A stretch of DNA of 64,000 bases, from NCBI GenBank assembly GCA_965218095.1, contig OZ244587.1:2272001-2336000 (forward strand). The letters are read 5' to 3'. Positions 1 to 9,913 of this stretch are shown one piece after another. The notes under the pieces are model-generated. The model saw nothing but the letters and a program-made list of their open reading frames with translations. It did no database searches and was not told the origin of the DNA. The position numbers and the translations under genes were made by a program. Source of the stretch: Candidatus Poribacteria bacterium. Lineage in GTDB: Bacteria; Poribacteria; WGA-4E; PCPOR2b. Every line of letters begins with the position of its first letter. Within the stretch, counting starts at the first letter, position 1.

Positions 1-126
1 GAAATGTGAAACGTCATACATGGTGTGTGCGTAAAACGTAAAACCTAAAATCCCACCCCCTCTATTCTTCCATTCTTCCATTCTTTCCTCCCTCCAGATT
101 CCTTTTTTTGATCCCAAAGATTAATA

Positions 127-227
127 GGTCCGCTTTTTAAATTCGTATAGGGTTTAACAACCCAGGCCTGACAGGTTTCAAAAACCTTTCAGGCCTACCG
201 ACCCTATACGAAGTTAAGAAATGAACC
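127..227. mobile_element. MITE-like element (family A) with imperfect 27-bp terminal inverted repeats enclosing a palindrome
   Basis: GGTCCGCTTTTTTAATTCGTATAGGGT (127-153) vs ACCCTATACGAAGTTAAGAAATGAACC (201-227); internal AGGCCTGACAGGTTT..AAACCTTTCAGGCCT (164-196); related ends at ~22690-22716 and 46887-46915. Confidence 0.6.
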
Positions 228-285
228 AAAACTGGTTCGTTGATTCTCTTACATCTCATCCGGCGGCAGCGGGATGAGCGCGGAT

Positions 286-1344
286 TCAGTGGCATTCAAA
301 CGAGTCTTCGTTTTCATTTGTGCCGACAAGGTTCGAACCTCTTCCAATATAGATCTTGTTTCCTCTCCTGCCTGATGCCATCCGTAGACGAAATTCCTTG
401 GGGTGAATGATAGTCGGCAGCAGTTCAGCGGACGAAATGCCGTTCCCCTTGGCGAAATTACAACGCAGAATCAAACCGCACCGGGTGCGTGTGCTCTTCT
501 GATCAAAAATGAAATTTCCCAGACTGTGGCAGATTAGCTTACCCTGATAGCGTTCCACGCCCTGAACCACATGGGGATGGTGGCCAACCACAAGATCTGT
601 CCCCGCGTCGATTGCTAGATACGCCGTTTTCCGATCTTCCTCCGTCGGATGGTCTGCATATTCCCATCCCCAATGAAAGGACACGATAACGACATCTGCC
701 CACGCCTTTGCATTCTTGATGTCCTGCGTTATGTTCTCACGCTGAATGACGGCAACACCAAGCTTTTCCGTTGTCGCTTCCACTGTCAGATAGAAATCCC
801 ACAGGTGCGCCAGGATGGAGCTCTTCACACCGTTGCAGATAAAATTTGCACTTCTTCGCGCCGCCGCGTCATTCATTCCCGCCCCGATATAGGCAATCCC
901 ATGATGCGCGAGGAAGTCCATTGTGTCAAAGAGCGCATTAGAGCCATAGTCCAGCGCGTGGTTGTTCGATAATGAAACCACATCAACCCCTGCATACATC
1001 AGCCTATAAACAGATTTCGGGTCAGCCCGAAAGTGGATTTCTTTATTTTTCACTGGTTCGCCGAGTGTCGAAATCTGCGCTTCCAGGTTTGCGAATGTCA
1101 CATCTACACGCCGCAGGATTTCCACTGTGGGCTCAAATGGAAAGGTTGAGCCATGCTTACAAATCTGCGTCCCAACACCTCGGCTCAACATGATATCACC
1201 GACGGCGACAAAGGTAAATTCCTGTGCTTGGGTATACGCATGCCAAAACCAAAGGGACAGTACTAGAGTTAAACAAGTAAGAAATTTTCTCAAGGGCTGC
1301 ATCGAGAGATAACACAAATGAATCGGTTGATTTTCAGATGACAC
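286..1344 (-). CDS. CapA family (poly-gamma-glutamate synthesis/capsule) metallophosphatase-like protein
   Basis: VGDIML, ANLE, SLSNNHALDYG, SFHWGWEY, GHHPHV, SLGNFIFDQ motifs; N-terminal hydrophobic segment; C-terminal tail may be frameshifted. Confidence 0.9.
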   Translation of the reverse strand: MSSENQPIHLCYLSMQPLRKFLTCLTLVLSLWFWHAYTQAQEFTFVAVGDIMLSRGVGTQICKHGSTFPFEPTVEILRRVDVTFANLEAQISTLGEPVKNKEIHFRADPKSVYRLMYAGVDVVSLSNNHALDYGSNALFDTMDFLAHHGIAYIGAGMNDAAARRSANFICNGVKSSILAHLWDFYLTVEATTEKLGVAVIQRENITQDIKNAKAWADVVIVSFHWGWEYADHPTEEDRKTAYLAIDAGTDLVVGHHPHVVQGVERYQGKLICHSLGNFIFDQKSTRTRCGLILRCNFAKGNGISSAELLPTIIHPKEFRLRMASGRRGNKIYIGRGSNLVGTNENEDSFECH

Positions 1345-1569
1345 GACCTATAAGTATCTCATAACTCACCGCTTGCGTCAAGTGCAAAAAAGTTCACTTT
1401 ACACGATGTGCGGATTCGTGCTAAAATGGCAGGTAAAATTCTTCCCACCATCTTTTACGCCATGCTTCAGGAATGCGATGGAAGCCTTCAAGCATCTTAT
1501 TTTTCCCTTGAGGATCTGTGCCCATATCAGAACAGCCAGCAGCCCACAGGCGGAAGTCAACCCTGGCAG

Positions 1570-2370
1570 TCATCGCTGAATCTCCGCATCTTTCATTTCG
1601 CCGGCGTTGACTCCCAGGCCCCTCCGATACGCCTCCAATGATATCAGGTCAGAAGGCGCAACGTTGCCCAGGTTGACCTCCGGGCCATATCGGTCAATGA
1701 GATGGCGACGGATGTGATGGATGTCATGCGGGCTCACACCGGCGATCCACGGACCGGGTAACTCGAACATGACTTTCTCCAGTCCGACCATTTCCACAAC
1801 CTCCTTGACCGACCGCGATGTCTGAACATCATCGCTAACCAACTCAGCAGCCTCCAGAAGTATAATCTCCGCGCCGGCGTCGAGACATGCCCGTGCATCG
1901 TCGACGAAAGGAATCACGCTGTCAAGCCCTTCCTTCTTGCCGACCTCGCCCAAGACGTGTAAACCGTGCACTTCAGTCGCTTGACGAATCATCCGCTGCT
2001 TCCACTCAAGCGAAACTGAGCCCAGGTTATCCGACACCTCAACCCAACGATAGCCTGCCCGGGCGGCGGCAGGGAAGTAGAGATCCGATTTTCCATGCAC
2101 CTCTGCGTATTCCAAGAACATGCCACCGGCGAATGGCTCAATCTGATGTTCCTGATATGTTCTCAATTTCGTCTCCAGCAGGTCATTTGACAGCAGCCGG
2201 GAGATGCCGACAGCGATCTTTGCGAAGTCGAAGTAAGCCGCAGCGGTTGCGATCAGGTCGTCCTGTTCATGCAGCCCAATGCCCCAATCAATCACCATCG
2301 TCAGTCCACAATCTCTCGGCTTCGACAGCCGGTCTAACCCGTCGATCCCTTCAAAGAAATGCGCGTTCAT
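1570..2370 (-). CDS. comA: Phosphosulfolactate synthase (ComA family)
   Basis: KPRDCGLTMVIDWG, GGMFLEYA, EVSD, EVGKK, YGPEVNLGNV..SLEAYRRGL are typical of ComA. Confidence 0.85.
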   Translation of the reverse strand: MNAHFFEGIDGLDRLSKPRDCGLTMVIDWGIGLHEQDDLIATAAAYFDFAKIAVGISRLLSNDLLETKLRTYQEHQIEPFAGGMFLEYAEVHGKSDLYFPAAARAGYRWVEVSDNLGSVSLEWKQRMIRQATEVHGLHVLGEVGKKEGLDSVIPFVDDARACLDAGAEIILLEAAELVSDDVQTSRSVKEVVEMVGLEKVMFELPGPWIAGVSPHDIHHIRRHLIDRYGPEVNLGNVAPSDLISLEAYRRGLGVNAGEMKDAEIQR

Positions 2371-2493
2371 CTAATCTGCACCTCCACGAATCCTTATTAA
2401 AAATTGACGATTGAATACTGAATTTTAATTCAACTGGTGTCCAGATTATTCTCAGAAATAAATGTTGAAGTTAGCTACCGCTTCCAAAATGTC

Positions 2494-2522
2494 ATTGTAC
2501 CAATCTTTCGTTGTGTCGTCAA
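2494..2522 (-). promoter_or_regulatory. sigma70-type promoter upstream of comA
   Basis: TTGACG-17 bp-TACAAT on the minus strand. Confidence 0.55.
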
Positions 2523-2531
2523 CGCTAAATT

Positions 2532-2649
2532 TTAAGTAATTTTCAAAAAGAAAGTAATGTTTTGTAGTGAGGCGATTCATCGCCGTCCCAAACGTGCAAT
2601 AAATTGTGCTACTACAAACGGAATGTATAGTTTAATCCTGAAAATTACT
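2532..2649. repeat. MITE-like shell (family C) containing a GTAG-type REP doublet; right end interrupted by an IS
   Basis: TTAAGTAATTTTCA (2532-2545) pairs with TGAAAATTACT|TAA (2639-2649, completed at 3767-3769 after the IS); inside GTAGTGAGGCGATTCATCGCC...CGTGCAATAAATTGTGCTACTAC (2564-2615). Confidence 0.6.
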
Positions 2650-3760
2650 TGAGGGGTGTGCATAGTAGTTCATTGGAAAACAGCCGCCATATGAGAGATA
2701 TTGCGAGCAGGTAACTTCCATATGGCATTGGCAATCATAGCCACTTGCACTGATAACACCCCGATAGCTAAACAACAGCGTACATTGAAAAACCCCTTGA
2801 CCGGTAACTGCTTCTGTTGAGGAGTGGTGCCTATCACTTTAGCAATCAAGTCAAACAACGGTTCAACCGAACTGCGACGTTTGCTTAAACAGAGACGCTG
2901 CTTGGGTTGGTTGATAAATCGATGATACGCCTTGGCAAACCGTCCCTTTGTCCATCTAAGTGCCGGGGTAATCAAAGCGACTTGTGCCTTCGCCCAACGA
3001 CGGATACGGTCTGCTTGGGTATAGGCATCATCGGCAGTGAGTGTCTGCGGTGAAAGTTGTGTCAGAATCTCAGACGCTTTAGCATCTATCGCCCAACTTT
3101 CGGAGACCGACGCACGGTGCACAGTTATCAGTGTTGGGAACGCACCTTGTGTGCAGATAATGTGAAGTCCGTAGCCATAGACCCAGCCATGATAACCACT
3201 CTTGCTCCACGTGGCATCGGTGTCGAGGTTGCGTAGATGTTTAGGTGCTTTTCCTGCTTTGCGGTCAGTTTGATGCCAGACGGGTCCTCGTGCCTTAAAT
3301 AAACTTTTGTCGGCTACCAGATGAGCCAAGTTGAATTGTTGGGACAAGTCAGTGGCATACTGACCGATAAACAATACAAATGCCTCTATCACTTCATATA
3401 ATGCCTTATAGCGACGTGCAATCGTGGTTCGATGAGGGGGCTGTTGCCACCCCAGCATTTGTAACACTTCTGGGTGATTGATTAGCCACCGCCATTGCGT
3501 TTTGAAGCCATAGATGCCGTGAAACTGCATCAACATGAAGAAAATGATAAACGAGGTGGTTGAATATGTCAATGGTTTTGCGTGTGTGACACCTGGTTTG
3601 TCAATACGGTGTTGCATAAACTGCTCAAAGAGTTGCATAATAAGAGTGACATAATCAGCCAACATTGGTCTTTGTACCATATTGGGGCTCCTTTTGCTAT
3701 GATAACAATAGGAAACCCTTTTGGCTTGATTATGTCAACTATATTTATGCACACCCCTCA
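2650..3760 (-). mobile_element. Insertion sequence, 1111 bp, with 15-bp perfect TIRs and 6-bp target duplication
   Basis: TGAGGGGTGTGCATA (2650-2664) / TATGCACACCCCTCA (3746-3760); ATTACT direct repeat at 2644-2649 and 3761-3766. Confidence 0.9.
2670..3680 (-). CDS. DDE transposase (IS4/IS5/IS982-like superfamily), intact ORF
   Basis: VADKS, DTDATW..YGYGLH, LTADDAY, RRSSVEPLFDLIAK DDE signatures; lies between TIRs. Confidence 0.85.
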   Translation of the reverse strand: MVQRPMLADYVTLIMQLFEQFMQHRIDKPGVTHAKPLTYSTTSFIIFFMLMQFHGIYGFKTQWRWLINHPEVLQMLGWQQPPHRTTIARRYKALYEVIEAFVLFIGQYATDLSQQFNLAHLVADKSLFKARGPVWHQTDRKAGKAPKHLRNLDTDATWSKSGYHGWVYGYGLHIICTQGAFPTLITVHRASVSESWAIDAKASEILTQLSPQTLTADDAYTQADRIRRWAKAQVALITPALRWTKGRFAKAYHRFINQPKQRLCLSKRRSSVEPLFDLIAKVIGTTPQQKQLPVKGFFNVRCCLAIGVLSVQVAMIANAIWKLPARNISHMAAVFQ

Positions 3761-3878
3761 ATTACTTAACCCAATGCTCTTCACAAGAGTGCACTTTTTT
3801 GCTATAATCTTAGCAGTAGAATCGGAATCAAGGACGTGAAATAGGTCATGGAACACACCGCTTAGAAAGGAAATTAAC

Positions 3879-5240
3879 ATGATGGATAAACAGTTTCTCC
3901 TCAATGACGAACAGATGCGGCAGTTTATTGTCAATGGTTATATTACCCTCAAGACCGATCTCCCCACAAGTCGTCACGCAGAGATCTTCCAGCAGACCGA
4001 AACCGTATTTGAAAAGGAGGGCAATCCGGGGAATAACCTGGTGCCGCGAATTCCCGCGATTCAAGAAATCCTCGACCATCTGATTGTCGATGGTGCGCTG
4101 ACTAGCCTTGTGGGGCCGAATTACTACACGCATCCGCACCGTCACTGCCATTACAACCCCCCGGGAAGTAGTGGGCAGAATATGCACAAAGACAGTTGGA
4201 CGCGACGACGCCATCACACCCGTTGGGTGATGGCTTTGTACTATCCGCAGGATACCCCTGAAATTTTGGGGCCGACGGGGATTCTCCCGGGGAGCCAGTG
4301 TTGCAATAGCCACCCTGATAATGGTAAAGCGGAGGTTCCACTCTGTGGAGAAGCAGGAACAGTTGCCATTGTCCATTATGATCTGTGGCATCGGGCAATG
4401 CCAAATCGCAGCGATAAGAAGCGGTATATGATGAAATTCCTCTTTACCCGCATGGAGGAGCCACAGTATCCTTCTTGGAATAGCGATCAGGCGGAGTGGC
4501 AATCTGCCGGTAATGATGAACGTCAGACGATGTGGGAACATCTTTGGGATTGGCATTATGGAAAAAAGAACGGAGGGAACTCTTCGCACAAGGGCTCTGC
4601 GCCTGAGCACATCGAAGCCCTACGAAGCGAATCTGAGTCGGCGTGCCTCAATGCCGCTTATGCGTTAGGTGCGATTGGTGCATCGGCCGTGCCAGCATTA
4701 ATAGACACGCTGCAAGTGGAGTCGGAGTCGGTGCGCCGCAATGCAAGTTATGCGTTGAGCACGATTGGTGAGCCGGCTGTACCAGCGTTGATAGCAGCAT
4801 CAAGCGACAAAAATGGGTGGGTACGCGCAAGTGCGGTTGATACATTGGGGGATATTGGACTCTCCGCTCAACAAGCCATATCTGTGCTAATTAAAGGATT
4901 ACAGGACGAGTCGGAGGAGGTCCGTCGGAATGCGGCTGAAGCATTAGGGATAGTTGGGCAATCGTCTTCTACTGGTGTTCCTGCATTGGTAAGGGCATTG
5001 CACGATGCAGACGAGTGGGTTCGTCGAAATGCGTCGCTTGCATTGGCTCGGATGGGGTCATACGCAAAGGACGCCGTTCCCGTATTGAAAGCAGCATTGA
5101 GAGATGAAAATCAGTATGTTCGCGCCAATGTTGCTCATACGCTTCATCAAATCGGAACACCTGAAACGAAAGAGGTTCTGCTCCGCTTCCTCATGACGTC
5201 ACGGTGGTGCCCATTGACCACACCGGAAAGTACTTATTAG
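3879..5240 (+). CDS. Phytanoyl-CoA dioxygenase (PhyH) domain fused to HEAT/PBS-lyase repeats
   Basis: QFIVNGY, HKD, GPTGILPGS, AGTVAIVHYDLWHRA, then repeated VRRNAAxALG/AVPALIxAL units. Confidence 0.85.
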   Translation: MMDKQFLLNDEQMRQFIVNGYITLKTDLPTSRHAEIFQQTETVFEKEGNPGNNLVPRIPAIQEILDHLIVDGALTSLVGPNYYTHPHRHCHYNPPGSSGQNMHKDSWTRRRHHTRWVMALYYPQDTPEILGPTGILPGSQCCNSHPDNGKAEVPLCGEAGTVAIVHYDLWHRAMPNRSDKKRYMMKFLFTRMEEPQYPSWNSDQAEWQSAGNDERQTMWEHLWDWHYGKKNGGNSSHKGSAPEHIEALRSESESACLNAAYALGAIGASAVPALIDTLQVESESVRRNASYALSTIGEPAVPALIAASSDKNGWVRASAVDTLGDIGLSAQQAISVLIKGLQDESEEVRRNAAEALGIVGQSSSTGVPALVRALHDADEWVRRNASLALARMGSYAKDAVPVLKAALRDENQYVRANVAHTLHQIGTPETKEVLLRFLMTSRWCPLTTPESTY

Positions 5241-5410
5241 CAAACGGAGGGGATGAAGAATGGGTAAATGAGGAATGTCTTCCCCAGTTTATTTACAATA
5301 TTCCCGAAAGTACCTGATCGCTAGGCTTCTTAATGTCTCTACTTCAGCCTAGTAATCATCAATACACACGATAATTAGTTCACTCATTTTCATCCCTATC
5401 AGGAATAGCC

Positions 5411-6700
5411 CTACCCTGCACCGGTATAATAATCCTTTGTTCCCTTCGACGCAACAGCTTCCCCAATGCGGTTGAGGGCATGGACATAAGCAGCGGTTCG
5501 CATCGAGCTCGACTTTTCCTCCGCAATTGCCCAGATCCTTTCGGTCTCTTCAAGTATCCGCTCTTTTAATCGGGCATTTACCTCATCTAATTTCCAATAA
5601 AGCCCCATACGATTTTGCACCCATTCAAAGTAGCTCACCGTGACGCCACCGGCATTGGTCAAGATATCGGGAACGACGAGAGTTCCTTTCCGTTCAAGGA
5701 TTTCATCGGCAGCCGCAGCAGTGGGCCCGTTCGCCACTTCAAAAATCAATTTCGCTTTCACGTCATCCGCATTCGCAGCCGTAATCTGATTTTCTAGCGC
5801 CGCTGGAATCAGCATATCGACATCCAGGGTCAAAAGCTCTTCATTACTAATGACATCGTGTTCGACAATGTTGCAAACGGTTCCTTCACAGTAGACCGCT
5901 TTGAGGTGTCGAGTGGACTCTTTGAAGTGCTTGATACTGGGGATATCCAATCCGTTTTTGGCATAGATTGCGCCTTTGGAATCACTGACGGCAACGATTT
6001 TATAGCCGCCGTTGAATAATAACTCCGCCAGGATTGACCCCGCATTTCCAAATCCCTGAATGGCAACCGTTGTTGATTCCGGAGAACGGTTGACCTTCGG
6101 CATCAAAGCGCCGATGACAGAGAAAGCGCCCATAGCGGTTGCCGTATCTCGCCCTGAACTCCCACCCATGGTTAAGGGTTTTCCTGTGATGACCGCCGGA
6201 CTGATCTGTCGTTTAATGATGCTGTATTCATCCATCATCCAGCCCATAATCATCGGATTGGTATAAACGTCCGGGGCTGGAATATCAACATCGGGCCCGA
6301 TGAAATCGGCAACCGCATCAATATATCCACGACTGAGCCGTTCCAATTCAAATTTCGAGAGGGATTTTGGATCAACGGTAACGCCTCCCTTAGCGCCACC
6401 GAAGGGCAGGTTTAACGCCGCACACTTAAAGGTCATCCAGAAAGCCAACGATTGAACTTCATCAATGGAAACATTGGGGTGGTAGCGGATGCCGCCTTTC
6501 GTAGGTCCCCGCGTATCATCGTAGCGAACACGATAGCCGGGGAAGATTCTTAAATTCCCGTTGTCCATCCGAACCGGGATGGAAAACTTCAAACTCAATT
6601 TCGGTAATTTCAGCCGTTCGATGGCATCCTCCGAAATCTTCGCGTGATTGAGCGCGCTTTGAAGTCGTTGACTTGCATCAGCAAACAATGATTCTGACAT
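5411..6700 (-). CDS. gdhA: Glutamate dehydrogenase (Glu/Leu/Phe/Val dehydrogenase family)
   Basis: GPTKGGIRYHP, LPFGGAKGG, DIPAPDV, IQGFGNAG, PDILTNAGGVTVSYFEWVQN. Confidence 0.95.
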   Translation of the reverse strand: MSESLFADASQRLQSALNHAKISEDAIERLKLPKLSLKFSIPVRMDNGNLRIFPGYRVRYDDTRGPTKGGIRYHPNVSIDEVQSLAFWMTFKCAALNLPFGGAKGGVTVDPKSLSKFELERLSRGYIDAVADFIGPDVDIPAPDVYTNPMIMGWMMDEYSIIKRQISPAVITGKPLTMGGSSGRDTATAMGAFSVIGALMPKVNRSPESTTVAIQGFGNAGSILAELLFNGGYKIVAVSDSKGAIYAKNGLDIPSIKHFKESTRHLKAVYCEGTVCNIVEHDVISNEELLTLDVDMLIPAALENQITAANADDVKAKLIFEVANGPTAAAADEILERKGTLVVPDILTNAGGVTVSYFEWVQNRMGLYWKLDEVNARLKERILEETERIWAIAEEKSSSMRTAAYVHALNRIGEAVASKGTKDYYTGAG

Positions 6701-6711
6701 TAGTTTTTTCC

Positions 6712-7089
6712 CTATCTACTTCCGCCTTGAGCCAGCGCAAACTCGCCAATATGGTAGCTATGGCAATGCAGACAGTTGGATTTCGCTTTTTTAGCGTTGT
6801 GGCACTTGGCGTAAGCGCGTTTCGCTATTGGCTCATAATTACTTATTGGCTCATCATTACTGACGAACACAGCCGGATCGGGCTTCTCGTAAATTGCTTT
6901 GAGCGCATGGTTATCGAAATCCGTGTCAGGGAAATGACAAGTTAATGCCTCAGGACCACGGTTCGTGAGATTATACACGAGACGCTTGACTCCCCAAACA
7001 ATACGTTCAACGGCCATAAGTTCGTCATCATCGGCGTCCGACAAGTCGAACGCATCCAGATCCAAAAATACCTCACAGGTCTTCAGCAA
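6712..7089 (-). pseudogene. Probable C-terminal remnant of a multiheme c-type cytochrome
   Basis: One intact CxxCH (CLHCHSYH), one degenerate (YAKCH), 18-bp tandem duplication at 6826-6861; no signal peptide or clear start. Confidence 0.45.
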
Positions 7090-7095
7090 AATTAG

Positions 7096-7665
7096 TCAGG
7101 CTGTCCACCGAGTCACTTCACTCAGGGACTTTCGTTTCGGTGACGGGACCTCGGCAGGGTAGCCGACGTAGAGAAATCCGACGATATATTCCTTTTTCGG
7201 GTCGATCCGAAGTCGGCGATACGTTGCTTCTTCATGCGTGAGGGTGCCTGTGCTCCACTGCATCCCAACGCCTTCCTCCCATGCGGCGAGTTGGATATTC
7301 AGCATCGCACAGCAGGTCGCCGCGTAATCCTCCCGACGGCGTTGTTCATCCCCTTCTTGCACGCAGGATACGGCGACAATCGTCGGCTTGCCCATCAACT
7401 TCTTGAACCCTGCTGCACCGATCTTCTCTCGGTTTTCTTGATCGACATGAGCGGCGGCTTTCTCCATCTGGATTTCTTGATACCGTTTGGCGAGTTCTAA
7501 TTTTGTCTGCTCACCAACCACAGTGAACCGCCACGGTTCGGTGAGGTGATGATTGGGTGCCCAGATACCAAAGCTAAGAACCCTTTCGATGACATCTTTA
7601 GCAACGAAGTCGGGTTTGAACTGGAAAATTGTGCGACGGAATTGAATTGCCTCTGTAACTGTCAC
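7096..7665 (-). CDS. Nitroreductase family protein (YdjA-like)
   Basis: RRTI..F, WAPNHHLTEPWRF, EDYAATCCAMLNIQLAAWEEGVGMQWST. Confidence 0.9.
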   Translation of the reverse strand: MTVTEAIQFRRTIFQFKPDFVAKDVIERVLSFGIWAPNHHLTEPWRFTVVGEQTKLELAKRYQEIQMEKAAAHVDQENREKIGAAGFKKLMGKPTIVAVSCVQEGDEQRRREDYAATCCAMLNIQLAAWEEGVGMQWSTGTLTHEEATYRRLRIDPKKEYIVGFLYVGYPAEVPSPKRKSLSEVTRWTA

Positions 7666-8021
7666 AATAAACCTCCTGTGGGATTAAAATTTATATTTTC
7701 TTAATACGATGATTTGTAATATTGCTTCTGAAGCTGTACCATTGTTGAATCTCTCAAGGCCTGATTTTGTCCGGGGGATGCAACCCCTTGCAAACCTGTA
7801 GGTAAGCAAAAGACAAATATCATTTTACCAGAATTCAGATAAAAATCAAGCCAAAAATAACTTGACTGTTAAATGAGCAAAAGGAATACAAAGGTTCAAA
7901 GCTAAGTGTCCTTGCGTCTTTGTATCCTGCATCTCTCTTCACGTCATGAACGCCTCTTTGGCACTGTGCAGATTTTCTACTATGAGAAGATCTCGTTTGA
8001 TTGCACACTATCTATTGACCC

Positions 8022-8843
8022 TCAATCTCCCCAGCGATCCAGCCCCAACAACTTTCGCCCCAACGGGGTCAATTCTGCGGTCTGACCGCTTTCATGTTCC
8101 TTCTCTTTTCGCTCGCCGCCAAATCCTGCCATACGATTCCGCCATCCATTGATCCGCCGGTTACGTCCTTCTTCGTTGTCTTCTCCCGATGGCGACATGG
8201 TGATGTATTGTGCCACCCGCGGACGATCTGCCGTGTTCGAGCCAGCACCGTGGGGTAGGGCGCTGTTCCAGATGATCAGGTCGCCAGCCTTTCCCACGAC
8301 AGGTTGGGGACCGAGACTTTCCAGATCTTGCTTCCGCGGGTCAGCACCCGATGGCAGGCTCCGAATCCATGCCTCAATCTGCCAGTGGAATCCCGGCACA
8401 CAGGTGAATGCGCCCTGGTTCGCTGCTGTGTCAGTCAGATACAGCACGCCCTGCACATGAAAGCGAATCGGCAGATCTATCGACATATCCCAATGCAGAC
8501 TTGCGCTGTTGCGTTCCCATTTCGGAGGGCGATTGGGCGGACTCATGCTGGCGCGGTCGAAGCTGCCCCAAAGTTCCTCTGTGCTCCAGATCTCGGAAAA
8601 GGCCTGGTGAACACGGGGATATTGGCGATTATCCCACAATGCTTGATGTTGATAGATCTCCACCATAATGCTGCGCCTTGGCGGATCAGGATACCAACTC
8701 CTTGGGTTGTCCGCATCCATTCCGAGAAACTCCCAGACAGCCTGCTGAGCCGCTTTCACATTTTCTGGGGGAACAGCGTTGTGAATGACGACATAACCAC
8801 TTTCTTCCCAAAAAGCTAGATCTTCTGCACTTAAAACCGGCAT
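8022..8843 (-). CDS. Phytanoyl-CoA dioxygenase family protein
   Basis: FWEESGYVVI, LHWD, VQGVLYLTD..QGAFTCVPGFH, AGDLIIWNSALPHG; RBS AAGGAG before ATG 8843. Confidence 0.9.
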   Translation of the reverse strand: MPVLSAEDLAFWEESGYVVIHNAVPPENVKAAQQAVWEFLGMDADNPRSWYPDPPRRSIMVEIYQHQALWDNRQYPRVHQAFSEIWSTEELWGSFDRASMSPPNRPPKWERNSASLHWDMSIDLPIRFHVQGVLYLTDTAANQGAFTCVPGFHWQIEAWIRSLPSGADPRKQDLESLGPQPVVGKAGDLIIWNSALPHGAGSNTADRPRVAQYITMSPSGEDNEEGRNRRINGWRNRMAGFGGERKEKEHESGQTAELTPLGRKLLGLDRWGD

Positions 8844-9003
8844 GTTTTTCTCCTTAACAGTAATCAATTCTTCCTTGGTTAATAATCCGCCTCCGTGAAA
8901 CATGCTGCCAAGGCTTCATTAGACATAAGTCCATATAGGGTGAAAATAAACGAATCTTTTTTCGCTAACGACGCAAATATCGAGCAGATCGCAACCGCCT
9001 TCT

Positions 9004-9885
9004 TCAGCGGCTGCGGTTCTGTCCGCCGTCAAGCCCCATCTCTTCAAGACCGTTTGCTGTTAAGAGACGAATGCCCAGTTGATCTAGTTCTTCCTCTCTG
9101 GTCACTCTGTGAATTTGCTCGGTTACGGATTGAGGAGGCTGTCCAAATTTTTCGACAAGTAGCCGAATCAGGAAGGACTGTTTCTCTTGTTGGAGTCCTT
9201 GCTGGAGTCCCTCCTCAATCCAATCGGTGATAAAACCGGACTGACGCATCTGTTCCACCTCCTCTCTGAAGAATTCCCATAACCAATCGAGATCAAAATA
9301 ACGGGACGCGATCATCACCACCGTCGCCAATGAATCTGCCCGTTTCTGTGGGGCAGTTTCTTGCAAAATCAGTTCCTTCTCTTGATGCAGCACTGCTTCA
9401 GTCTTCTCCCGTTCCAACATAATCAAGAGTGGGGCAAACTCCCTTAGCTCTCCAGAACGAATGCGGTCCTCATAATCCCACAGTTTTAAGATCGGATAGG
9501 TGAACCGGTGGATGACCTATTCTCCGATTTGAACGACATATTCGCCAGGAGGGTCTGACTCCCGCCACTCCAGATACAACACGATAGTAATTGTCGGCTT
9601 CTTATGCTGATCTGTCAGTTCTGCCGAGAAGGTAAACACATCACGGGGGTAATCAGTCCTGTGTCGGAATTGGAATTCAAAGTGAAGCAGATACTCTTCA
9701 TCTCCGACCCGAAGTCGATGGAGAAAGTCGGTGCGGCGATCTGGCAGGGTGATCTCGACGTTTTCAAGGATCCCAACTAGTTGGAAATTGGAATCGGGAA
9801 AAGCGAGTTTCAGAAACGACTCTGCGTAATGCCGTCCCAGAATCTTCAGAACGCGGTCGAAAAGATTGATATTCCTTGATGCCAC
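9004..9885 (-). pseudogene. Rpn/YhgA-like PD-(D/E)xK protein with DUF4351-type C-terminus, broken by in-frame TAG
   Basis: RRTDFL..LHFEFQ and IEEGLQQGLQQE..RLLVEKFG; ORFs 9517-9885 and 9004-9426 share a frame across the TAG at 9517-9519. Confidence 0.75.
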
Positions 9886-9913
9886 TATAGGATACTCCTG
9901 TCGTAGTGCAGGT

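Noticed and set aside
3846-4610. 254-aa minus-strand ORF and other long antisense ORFs (e.g. 13799-14416, 55083-55802, 57960-58559)
   Set aside because: They are shadow frames of well-supported genes, with no motifs or RBS.
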